A stretch of 32,000 nt of DNA from Candidatus Nanopusillus acidilobi. Its GTDB lineage: Archaea > Nanobdellota > Nanobdellia > Nanobdellales > Nanobdellaceae. Shown here piece by piece: positions 19,701-27,135 of the stretch; the stretch's first letter is position 1; each line of letters begins with the position of its first letter. The translations under genes were made by a program, and so were the position numbers. A model generated the notes under the pieces. The model worked only from the letters and a program-made list of their open reading frames with translations. It searched no databases and had not been told where the DNA came from. The stretch lies in the NCBI GenBank assembly GCA_001552015.1, contig CP010514.1, positions 510,001-542,000 of the forward strand, in the 5' to 3' direction.

Positions 19701-20377
19701 ATTGATATTGGCTGATTATAATACAAATATGTAATCATATAGTAATTATCCCAAAAATCTTGACCATTTGTATTAGATATTGTAACTCCATTATTTACTG
19801 AACACGATCCTGAAGCTCCTGAAGGATTACTCAGTACTGTACAAACTAAATTATTTGGTAAAGTTGCACCTGCGAAATTCCAATAATTATTAAATACGTA
19901 ATTACCATTATCATATTCTCCATAGGTAGGTGATAGCTGGGGAGCTTCTCCCACGTATGGAAAGTATTCGGCGTAATAATTAGCACTACTACTTCCTATA
20001 TACATATATATCGTTACATTACTATTAGCTGATATTCCTGTAGATATATTTATCCACCATACGTCACAGTATACTCCATTATAATTTAATTGACCTTCAT
20101 ACCATGAATATATATTTGGAGAACTTTCGTTTGTAGCAAAGTAAATGTTAGATCCATTAGCATTGATCTCATTAAATAATGTTGGATTATCCAAATAAGC
20201 AAATGATGAGCCAACACTTAAGGATCCATTACATATTGCTATATCTTGTTGGAAAGGTGCAGGAGTTGGCATATTTTGATTATTTGTTATAGTAACTGCA
20301 TACCATCCCTGTGAATATACAAATCTTGGTATTAAAATAACCATTAATCCAAATATAAATATCTTTAATAATTTCAT
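16730..20377 (-). CDS. Large secreted, C-terminally anchored surface protein (gene A) with two DUF2341-like + variable units, Ig-like linker and C-terminal TM
   Basis: 1215 aa; signal peptide 'MKLLKIFIFGLMVILIPRFVYSQ'; two 'WYAVTITN....PAPFQQDIAICNG...YYPYVG' units; Cys-containing Ig-like linker; C-terminal TM 'NINYILILAGIIGSIIFLI'. Confidence 0.88.
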   Translation of the reverse strand: MKLLKIFIFGLMVILIPRFVYSQGWYAVTITNNQNMPTPAPFQQDIAICNGSLSVGSSFAYLDNPTLFNEINANGSNIYFATNESSPNIYSWYEGQLNYNGVYCDVWWINISTGISANSNVTIYMYIGSSSANYYAEYFPYVGEAPQLSPTYGEYDNGNYVFNNYWNFAGATLPNNLVCTVLSNPSGASGSCSVNNGVTISNTNGQDFWDNYYMITYLYYNQPISIPAIVEAKVLSLTGNSGDSGWTKAGILYQNQVTDSSDSNGEVDMIVTDGNGYAIQWQSGTSYIAPSGNYNGNSITYPTILALVFPNSSYACGFYGSSLGVLSQEGSCVTPTSMASQGYIGLLVTAHSSGTSSSVFQYLLARAYPPNGVMPSIILDSEVNWYAVTITNTQSQATPAPFQQDIAICNGSINIGNSFAYINNADLFNEINSNGSNIYFTTTLESIPKIYSWYEGQLNYNGVYCDVWWINISTGISANSNVTIYMYIGPTSANYYSQYYPYVGTSPQVISGYDNGQDVFIVYGYFDNTFDGWSGYVTSAAWSPTATSNGIEMLNNQTAEGTYILPPNNWNIPEIPLIVEEAWYYTQSSDANVIALFGNTNQQIEAYQIATIPGYCGGVNITGGMDTTCGGVTPASNLSTYVQFEYYGSPPTGGAAMLKSAVTDQYLNYTPFPTSGGTIYSYLIVNSSYAQTGYYIYNSNQVWVPLTLLNTYNVNNNGYTYSNLNYNPFQYGTLEIGAGDSDGSESYQYVEWVVARSYPPNGIMPSISIQPVVSVSSVQLNPSSSSPVCPGTQTNSTVTVNLNNPYELSTTVNFYCSAPSGITCSLNPSCTTSGSSCSATLYVNSSPTTSPGSYSVTVTASIPGSSASSTYTYNVGQQISISSQQSSNFQNSYNIYITGCSQNYTLYVNNSPYCYDSYYQFQNINALCIVSYLGSYSVYAQGCYNGNCVNSNTINLNIPSSGITVPIIDINILNATNQNINTTISVNGSNQNIQSINVYYNNNNVYSNNNLNTNYYSFNLSLPYSNNGNITVCSALTNGQFNCVTEIFNLNVTQTYIYYGIIKLQANIQPININTTYGPIGNNLEFSLDYPEYILALNITNIGNTTLNNITINLQQMGNVPEILYNQIPIQSSNNINIDQLQPNQSYILQFSVLPLYIGSSSLLLNFNVNGQNIGTAQYNLIVNEPSNKSSLVVSENINYILILAGIIGSIIFLI
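17250..17829. repeat. Direct repeat R1, copy 1 (580 bp; pairs with 20521-21100)
   Basis: Read side by side, the + strand appears identical to 20521-21100, offset 3271. The ORF track also gives identical antisense 60-aa ORFs at 17557-17739 and 20828-21010, same offset. Confidence 0.9.
17842..18138. repeat. Direct repeat R3, copy 1 (297 bp; pairs with 22163-22459)
   Basis: From 'atgaatttacatataatgttgctgaacagg' to 'cccattctacatattgat'; constant offset of 4321. Confidence 0.85.
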
Positions 20378-20597
20378 TTTTTATTATAGTATTATTTACT
20401 TATAAAATTTATCATAAAGTATAATTTACATAAATGGAAATTGAAATATTGTATCATCCTACAATTATCCCATAATATGTAACAATTTTTATTATATTAA
20501 AATATAGTAATTGAAGTATACAATTAAATTGTCCATTTGTTAATGCAGAACATACAGTTATATTTCCATTATTTGAATATGGTAAACTTAAATTAAA
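20226..20597. repeat. Direct repeat R2, copy 1 (372 bp; pairs with 23461-23832)
   Basis: Covers the 5' end of gene A, the A-B intergenic region and the 3' end of gene B. Appears identical to 23461-23832, offset 3235. Confidence 0.9.
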
Positions 20598-23500
20598 TGA
20601 ATAATAATTTGTATTTAAATTATTATTTGAATATACATTATTGTTATTATAATATACATTTATTGATTGAATATTTTGATTTGATCCATTTACTGAAATT
20701 GTTGTATTTATATTTTGATTTGTTGCATTTAATATATTAATATCTATAATTGGAACCGTTATTCCTGATGAAGGTATATTTAAGTTAATTGTATTCGAAT
20801 TAACACAATTTCCATTATAACATCCTTGTGCATATACTGAATAACTTCCTAGATATGAAACAATACATAAAGCATTTATATTTTGAAATTGATAATATGA
20901 ATCGTAACAATATGGAGAATTATTTACATATAATGTATAATTTTGAGAACAACCTGTTATATAGATATTATATGAATTTTGAAAGTTTGAACTTTGCTGA
21001 GATGAGATAGAAATTTGCTGACCTACATTATAAGTATATGTTGATGATGCTGAAGATCCTGGTATTGAAGCTGTTACTGTTACTGAATATGAACCTGGAG
21101 TTAGAGCAGATAGTGATATGGAAATTGAAGGCATTACATCATTTGGGGGTAAAGATCTTAATAAAACCCAATACAAATAAATATTACCACCGTCCTCTTG
21201 TTGTCCTATTGTTATTGGTAAACTAAATGAACCAGGTATTATTGTAGTACTTAATACCTGAGTATAATTTACTAGGAAATATGTATTACTACTAGAAAAT
21301 CCAATACTATACATTGTAGGGACATAACTATAATTTACACTTCCCAAACTACTACTAGTTCCTACTACTAAACTAAATACACCAGTTCCCCCACCCGAAA
21401 ATGCAGCACCATCATTATTTCCTCCAGCTATTATTCCTCCACCTGGTCCCATAAAGTATGTATTCGGAATATTTGCTGCTCCTACTCCCAGAACCATCCA
21501 TTGATAACCTGTATTAGTGTTATAATTTGGAACAGATGCATAAATATCTACTACATTATTTTGTAAATTATAATTATTTGTAGTAGTTATACCATCGTTA
21601 CCGTGGTTAGAACTAAGAGGTAGAATAATTGTATAATCTGTAGAAAATGAAACATTCTTTTGATTACCACATATATATGTCCAACCTGAAGGTAAAGAAC
21701 TTAAACCCCCAAAATTTTGATAATAATTAAATACATAATTTCCATTATCATATTGAGATATACCTAAAACTTGTATTGGAGTACCAACATAAGGATAATA
21801 CTGAGAATAATAATTAGCATTATTTGGTCCTATATACATATATATAGTTATCTTTGAATTAGCAGGTATTCCATTTGGTAAATTTATCCACCAAATATCA
21901 CAATATACTCCATTATAATTTAATTGACCTTCATACCATGAATATATATTTGGTGTACTGTTATAAGGCGTAGCAAAATAAACATTTGATCCATTAATAT
22001 TAATTAAATTAAATAATGTTGCATTATCTATATATGCAAAATTAGGACCAATATTAATATTGCCATTACATATTGCTATATCTTGTTGGAAAGGTGCAGG
22101 AGTTGGAATAGATTGAGTATTTGTTATAAAAATAGGATACCATCCCGATGGTAATTGGATAAATGAATTTACATATAATGTTGCTGAACAGGAAGATCCA
22201 CTAGTAGTACATGATGGATTAAGTGAACATGTTATACCAGAAGGTGCTGAACAATAAAAATTAACTGTTGTAGATAGTTCATAAGGATTATTTAAATTAA
22301 CAGTCACTGTGGAATTCGTTTGAGTACCTGGACAAACTGGAGAAGAACTTGATGGATTTAATTGAACAGATGAGACTGAAACTACAGGCTGTATAGAAAT
22401 ACTAGGCATTATACCATTTGGGGGATATGATCTAGCAACTACCCATTCTACATATTGATCTGTAGATATATCACCAGTGCCATCTCCCGCACCTATTTCT
22501 AATGTACCATATTGGAATGGGTTATAATTTAAGCCTGCATAAGTATATCCAGAGATTCCATTATTTATATTAGTAGTATTATATACATTATAGGTATATG
22601 TATCTAATAATGTTAATGGAACCCATACTTGATAAAGAGAATTATAAATATAATATCCTGTTTGTGCATAAGATGAATTAACTATTAAATATGAATAAAC
22701 TGTTCCTCCATTTGGTGGAAAGTATGTATAATCTAAATATTGATCTGTTACTGCAGATTTTAGCATTGCTGCTTCAGAAGATGGTTGAGAAGCACCAATA
22801 TAATATTCAAATTGTGCAAATGTGGATGAACTAGATGCAGGTGTATCACCACCATAAGTAGATCCAATATTACGTGCATAAATTTGTTGACTTGTATTTC
22901 CAAATAATGCTATTACATTTGCATCTGCTCCCCCATTATTATACCAAGCTTCTTCAACAATTAAAGGTATTTTTGGAATATTCCAATTATTTGGAGGTAA
23001 AATATAAGTACCTCCATATTGTCCATCATTTATCATTTCAATACCGTTTGAAGTTGCTGTAGGAGACCAGGCCGCAGAAGTAACATATCCGCTCCATCCA
23101 TCAAATGTATTATCAAAATATCCATATACTATAAATACATCTTGACCATTATCATATTGCATAGTTCCAATAACTTGCTCATTAGTTCCTACATAAGGAT
23201 AATATTGAGAATAATAGTTTGTATTATAACTTCCAATTGCCATATATATAGTTATCTTTGAATTAGCAGGTATTCCATTTGATAAATTTATCCACCAAAT
23301 ATCACAATATACTCCATTATAATTTAATTGACCTTCATACCATGAATATAAAATATTTCCAGAACTATTTACAAAATATACATTTTGCCCATTTGGATTT
23401 ATTTCATTAAATAAAGCAGCATTATTTATATATGCAAAATTAGGACCTATATTAACATTGCCATTACATATTGCTATATCTTGTTGGAAAGGTGCAGGAG

Positions 23501-23612
23501 TTGGCATATTTTGATTATTTGTTATAGTAACTGCATACCATCCCTGTGAATATACAAATCTTGGTATTAAAATAACCATTAATCCAAATATAAATATCTT
23601 TAATAATTTCAT
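20454..23612 (-). CDS. Paralogous large secreted surface protein (gene B), truncated relative to gene A and without a C-terminal TM
   Basis: 1052 aa; first ~50 aa apparently identical to gene A; identical 'GQQISISSQQSSNF...TNGQFNC' region, then diverges into 'ILQLLYFNIIKIVTYYGIIVG*'. Confidence 0.85.
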   Translation of the reverse strand: MKLLKIFIFGLMVILIPRFVYSQGWYAVTITNNQNMPTPAPFQQDIAICNGNVNIGPNFAYINNAALFNEINPNGQNVYFVNSSGNILYSWYEGQLNYNGVYCDIWWINLSNGIPANSKITIYMAIGSYNTNYYSQYYPYVGTNEQVIGTMQYDNGQDVFIVYGYFDNTFDGWSGYVTSAAWSPTATSNGIEMINDGQYGGTYILPPNNWNIPKIPLIVEEAWYNNGGADANVIALFGNTSQQIYARNIGSTYGGDTPASSSSTFAQFEYYIGASQPSSEAAMLKSAVTDQYLDYTYFPPNGGTVYSYLIVNSSYAQTGYYIYNSLYQVWVPLTLLDTYTYNVYNTTNINNGISGYTYAGLNYNPFQYGTLEIGAGDGTGDISTDQYVEWVVARSYPPNGIMPSISIQPVVSVSSVQLNPSSSSPVCPGTQTNSTVTVNLNNPYELSTTVNFYCSAPSGITCSLNPSCTTSGSSCSATLYVNSFIQLPSGWYPIFITNTQSIPTPAPFQQDIAICNGNINIGPNFAYIDNATLFNLININGSNVYFATPYNSTPNIYSWYEGQLNYNGVYCDIWWINLPNGIPANSKITIYMYIGPNNANYYSQYYPYVGTPIQVLGISQYDNGNYVFNYYQNFGGLSSLPSGWTYICGNQKNVSFSTDYTIILPLSSNHGNDGITTTNNYNLQNNVVDIYASVPNYNTNTGYQWMVLGVGAANIPNTYFMGPGGGIIAGGNNDGAAFSGGGTGVFSLVVGTSSSLGSVNYSYVPTMYSIGFSSSNTYFLVNYTQVLSTTIIPGSFSLPITIGQQEDGGNIYLYWVLLRSLPPNDVMPSISISLSALTPGSYSVTVTASIPGSSASSTYTYNVGQQISISSQQSSNFQNSYNIYITGCSQNYTLYVNNSPYCYDSYYQFQNINALCIVSYLGSYSVYAQGCYNGNCVNSNTINLNIPSSGITVPIIDINILNATNQNINTTISVNGSNQNIQSINVYYNNNNVYSNNNLNTNYYSFNLSLPYSNNGNITVCSALTNGQFNCILQLLYFNIIKIVTYYGIIVG
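20521..21100. repeat. Direct repeat R1, copy 2 (580 bp; pairs with 17250-17829)
   Basis: See copy 1. Its first 77 bp occur a third time at 23756-23832. Confidence 0.9.
22163..22459. repeat. Direct repeat R3, copy 2 (297 bp; pairs with 17842-18138)
   Basis: See copy 1. Confidence 0.85.
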
Positions 23613-23832
23613 TTTTTATTATAGTATTATTTACTTATAAAATTTATCATAAAGTATAATTTACATAAATGGAAATTGAAATATTGTATCATCCTACAAT
23701 TATCCCATAATATGTAACAATTTTTATTATATTAAAATATAGTAATTGAAGTATACAATTAAATTGTCCATTTGTTAATGCAGAACATACAGTTATATTT
23801 CCATTATTTGAATATGGTAAACTTAAATTAAA
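23461..23832. repeat. Direct repeat R2, copy 2 (372 bp; pairs with 20226-20597)
   Basis: Covers the 5' end of gene B and the B-C intergenic region. Confidence 0.9.
23756..23832 (-). pseudogene. Remnant (77 bp) of a gene A/B-type C-terminal coding region, stranded in the B-C intergenic region
   Basis: 'caattaaattgtccatttgttaatgcagaacatacagttatatttccattatttgaatatggtaaacttaaattaaa' also occurs at 17250 and 20521, where it is coding. Confidence 0.75.
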
Positions 23833-23930
23833 ATTGTTACTATTATTATAAGACTGAAGATTTACTATATTAAAGATATTAATATATAAATTTGGAATTT
23901 TTATTCCAATAGTTTTATATTTAAATTACT

Positions 23931-25703
23931 TCATGTCATATTAGATGAACAAGAATAAGTATAGCTTGTAGAAATATTAGAACTATTTAAATTAATTATT
24001 GTTATTGATGATATTTGATTTATAGGATAAATATAAGAAGTAGATGGAAGTGTTTGAGTAAATGAAGAACCTGTTAATGTTTGAGTTATGGAATAAATAG
24101 ATGAAGAAACGATAGAAGTTGTTGTTGATGTAGAAGTTACTGTAGTTGTTGCTGTTGTATAAACAGTACTAGTAACTGTTTGAGTACTTGTGATTGTTGA
24201 ATAAATTGTTGAAGTAGATGTTAATGTAGTGATTAAAGTAGTATATACAGTACTGATGACTGTATTTGTAGATGTTAATGTGGTTGTTACTGTACTAGTA
24301 ACTGTATTATAAACAGTACTAGTTGTTGTAGATGTAGCAGTAACTGAAGATGTAACAGTTGTTGTTGTAGTAATAGTAGAATAAACAGTTAACGTACTAG
24401 TGATTGTAGATGTAGAAGTCAATGTAGTGGTTACCGTAGTAGTTATTGTTGACGTCTGAGTTACTGTAGAAGTTGAGGTCGTAACTGTAGAAGTTGTTTG
24501 AGTAGATGAGACAGAGACTGGTTGTATAGAAATACTAGGCATTACATCATTTGGAGGATATACTCTAGCTATTACCCATTCTACATATTGATATGATGTT
24601 TCAGAATGAGACATTTCAAGATATCCATCTCCTGCACTTATTTCTAATGTGGGATATTGATAAGGATTATAATTTAAACTAGAATATGTATATCCATTAT
24701 TATTTACTGTATAAGTATCTAATAATGTTAAAGGAGCCCATACTATAGCAAAAGGAGAATAAATATAATATCCTGCTTGTGCATATGTTGAATTAATAAT
24801 TAAATATGAATAAATCGTTCCCCAATATTCATAAAAAGGTATAAAACTTAAAATTTGATTTGTTACTGCAGATTTCAAGTACGTTACACCACTATAATAA
24901 TCAAATTGTACAAATGTAGATAAATTGGATGCGGGAGTATTATCACTACTAGTATTTCCAATAAGACTTACATTAATTTGTTGATTTGTATTTCCAAATA
25001 ATGATATTGCATTTGACTGCCCTCCAAAAGTATACAACCAGGCTTCTTCAACAATTAATGGTATTTTTGGAATATTTCCATTATTTGGAGGTAAAATATA
25101 TGTACCTTCATTTTGCCCATTATTTAGCATTTCAATACCAAGTGGAGTTGCTTTAGGAGACCAAAATCCATAATAATTATATCCACTCCATCCATCAAAT
25201 GTATTATCAAAATATCCATATACTATAAATACATCTTGACCATTATCATATCCTGAAATTACTTGAGGAGAAGCACCTACATAAGGATAATATTGAGAAT
25301 AATAATTTGAAGAGCTATTTCCTATATACATATAAATAGTTACACCTGAATTTGCTGGAATTCCTTGAGGTATATTAATCCACCATACATCACATGTTAC
25401 TCCATTATAATTTAATTGACCTTCATACCATGAATATAAAATATTTCCAGAACTATTTACAAAATAAACATTCTGTCCATTTGAATCTATTTCATTAAAT
25501 AATGTTGCATTATCTATATATGCAAAATTAGGACCTATATTAACATTGCCATTACATATTGCTATATCTTGTTGGAAAGGCGCGGGTGTTGCCTGAGATT
25601 GATTATTTGTTATAGTAACTGCATACCAACCCTGTGAATATATAAATTTAACTACTAATAAGAAAATTATTGATGCAAATATAAATTTCTTTAACAACTT
25701 CAT
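23931..25703 (-). CDS. Paralogous secreted surface protein (gene C): one DUF2341-like unit plus long Thr/Ser-rich mucin-like tail
   Basis: 590 aa; signal peptide 'MKLLKKFIFASIIFLLVVKFIYSQ', 'WYAVTITNNQSQATPAPFQQDIAICNG', then a tail of ~130+ residues dominated by T, S and V. Confidence 0.87.
   Translation of the reverse strand: MKLLKKFIFASIIFLLVVKFIYSQGWYAVTITNNQSQATPAPFQQDIAICNGNVNIGPNFAYIDNATLFNEIDSNGQNVYFVNSSGNILYSWYEGQLNYNGVTCDVWWINIPQGIPANSGVTIYMYIGNSSSNYYSQYYPYVGASPQVISGYDNGQDVFIVYGYFDNTFDGWSGYNYYGFWSPKATPLGIEMLNNGQNEGTYILPPNNGNIPKIPLIVEEAWLYTFGGQSNAISLFGNTNQQINVSLIGNTSSDNTPASNLSTFVQFDYYSGVTYLKSAVTNQILSFIPFYEYWGTIYSYLIINSTYAQAGYYIYSPFAIVWAPLTLLDTYTVNNNGYTYSSLNYNPYQYPTLEISAGDGYLEMSHSETSYQYVEWVIARVYPPNDVMPSISIQPVSVSSTQTTSTVTTSTSTVTQTSTITTTVTTTLTSTSTITSTLTVYSTITTTTTVTSSVTATSTTTSTVYNTVTSTVTTTLTSTNTVISTVYTTLITTLTSTSTIYSTITSTQTVTSTVYTTATTTVTSTSTTTSIVSSSIYSITQTLTGSSFTQTLPSTSYIYPINQISSITIINLNSSNISTSYTYSCSSNMT
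24108..24520 (-). repeat. Degenerate low-complexity repeats encoding the Thr/Ser/Val-rich mucin-like region of gene C
   Basis: Recurring 'gta act gtt/gta gtt gta gat gt' motifs, translated TSTVYTTxTTTLTSTSTI... Confidence 0.85.
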
Positions 25704-25758
25704 TGTTAATCATTATATTTTATTTTTATAAATCTATCGTAAAGTGTAACCATTATTC

Positions 25759-25779
25759 ATATATAAACCTTATATATTA
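25759..25779 (+). promoter_or_regulatory. Candidate TATA region of the rnj operon
   Basis: 'catatataaaccttatatatt' 13-33 nt upstream of the RNase J ATG at 25792. Confidence 0.4.
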
Positions 25780-25791
25780 ATCTTATTAAAA

Positions 25792-27120
25792 ATGGAAATT
25801 GAAATTTTCCCAATAGGTGGATATTCATATATAGGAAAAAATATGAGTGCAATAAGAATTGATGATAAAATAATTATAATAGATATTGGAATAAATGTAG
25901 ATAAAATATCTCAATTTGGAGAAAGAGAAGATATAACAGATAAACCATTAAAGGAATTATATGATTTAGATATAATACCAGATGACTCAATTTTAGAAAA
26001 TTATAAAGATAAAGTAAAGGCAATAATATTAACACATGGGCATTTAGATCATATAGGAGCAGTAAATTTTATTGCACCAAAATATAATGCACCAATATAT
26101 GCATCTCCATATACAATTGAACTAATAAAACAACAAGAAAAAGAATATGGAATTGTCTTACCAAATGATTTAAAGAAAATATCTCCAAATTCTTCAATTA
26201 AAATTTCAGAAGATATTTCAATTAATTTTATCAATATTACTCATTCAATTCCACAATCATTAATGATTGATATTCAAACAAATAAAGGACATATAGTATT
26301 TTCAGGTGATTTTAAATTTGATAATTTCCCAATCATTGGTAAAAAACCTGACAAAGAAAAATTAAAGAAAATTGGAAAAGAAGGAGTTTTATTATTAATT
26401 TCTGAAACAACAAGAGCAGATGAAAATTCAAAATCTCAATCAGAAATTATTGAAAAATATATGTTATATGATGTATTAAATTCAATAGATACAAAAGGAA
26501 TAATTATAACAACATTTTCATCACATATTGCAAGATTAAAATCAATAATTGAATTATCAAAAGAAATAAATAGAAAACCAATATTTATTGGAAGAAGCTT
26601 AGGAAAATATATTAGCGCAGCAGAAAATATTAATTTGTATAATTTTTCTCAAGAAGCAGAAGTATATTTTGATCCAAGAGATTATAAAAAAGTTTTTGAA
26701 AGAGTAGAAAAAAATAAGGAAGAATATTTATTAATTGTTACCGGACATCAAGGGGAACCAGGTTCTGTTTTAGATAGATTAGCAAGAGGAGAATATAATT
26801 TTGATCTAAGTAATACAACAATAATATTTGCAAATAATGTAATTCCTCATCCAATAAATGAAGCAAATAGAAAAATATTGGAAGAAAGATTAAAGAGAAA
26901 AAAAGCAGAAATAATAAAGGATGTACATATATCTGGTCATGCAAAAAGTCAGGATCATATAATGTTATTAAAAATGCTAGATCCTGAATATATAATACCA
27001 AATCATGGAGATATAAATAAAAAAGCCTCATATTATAATATTGTATCAGATTATGGATATACATTGGGAGAAGATGTATTTTTCTTAGAAGATTATCAGA
27101 GAAAAATATTTAATATATAA
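25792..27120 (+). CDS. rnj: Archaeal RNase J-type beta-CASP metallo-beta-lactamase ribonuclease
   Basis: 442 aa; 'ILTHGHLDHIGAVNFIAPKYNAPIYAS', 'VFSGDFKFD', 'GRSLGKYISAAENI', 'VTGHQGEPGSVLDRLARGEY', 'HISGHAKSQDHIMLLKMLDPEYIIPNHGD'. Confidence 0.94.
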   Translation: MEIEIFPIGGYSYIGKNMSAIRIDDKIIIIDIGINVDKISQFGEREDITDKPLKELYDLDIIPDDSILENYKDKVKAIILTHGHLDHIGAVNFIAPKYNAPIYASPYTIELIKQQEKEYGIVLPNDLKKISPNSSIKISEDISINFINITHSIPQSLMIDIQTNKGHIVFSGDFKFDNFPIIGKKPDKEKLKKIGKEGVLLLISETTRADENSKSQSEIIEKYMLYDVLNSIDTKGIIITTFSSHIARLKSIIELSKEINRKPIFIGRSLGKYISAAENINLYNFSQEAEVYFDPRDYKKVFERVEKNKEEYLLIVTGHQGEPGSVLDRLARGEYNFDLSNTTIIFANNVIPHPINEANRKILEERLKRKKAEIIKDVHISGHAKSQDHIMLLKMLDPEYIIPNHGDINKKASYYNIVSDYGYTLGEDVFFLEDYQRKIFNI

Positions 27121-27135
27121 AGGTAATATATTTTT

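Noticed and set aside
17250-23832. Repeat array as a pure assembly artefact
   Set aside because: Not fully excluded. However, the copies have different offsets and different intervening sequence, and the ORFs stay open across the joins, so a real rearrangement is more likely. Long reads are still needed.
24060-24520. Possible CRISPR-like or intergenic tandem array from repeated 'gttgttgtagatgtagaagttactg' motifs
   Set aside because: Repeats are degenerate with no regular unique spacers, and are fully in frame within the Thr/Ser-rich region of gene C.
16730-25703. The surface array as an integrated virus or transposon
   Set aside because: No integrase, transposase or att-like structure. Homology boundaries are explained by tandem duplication between paralogues.
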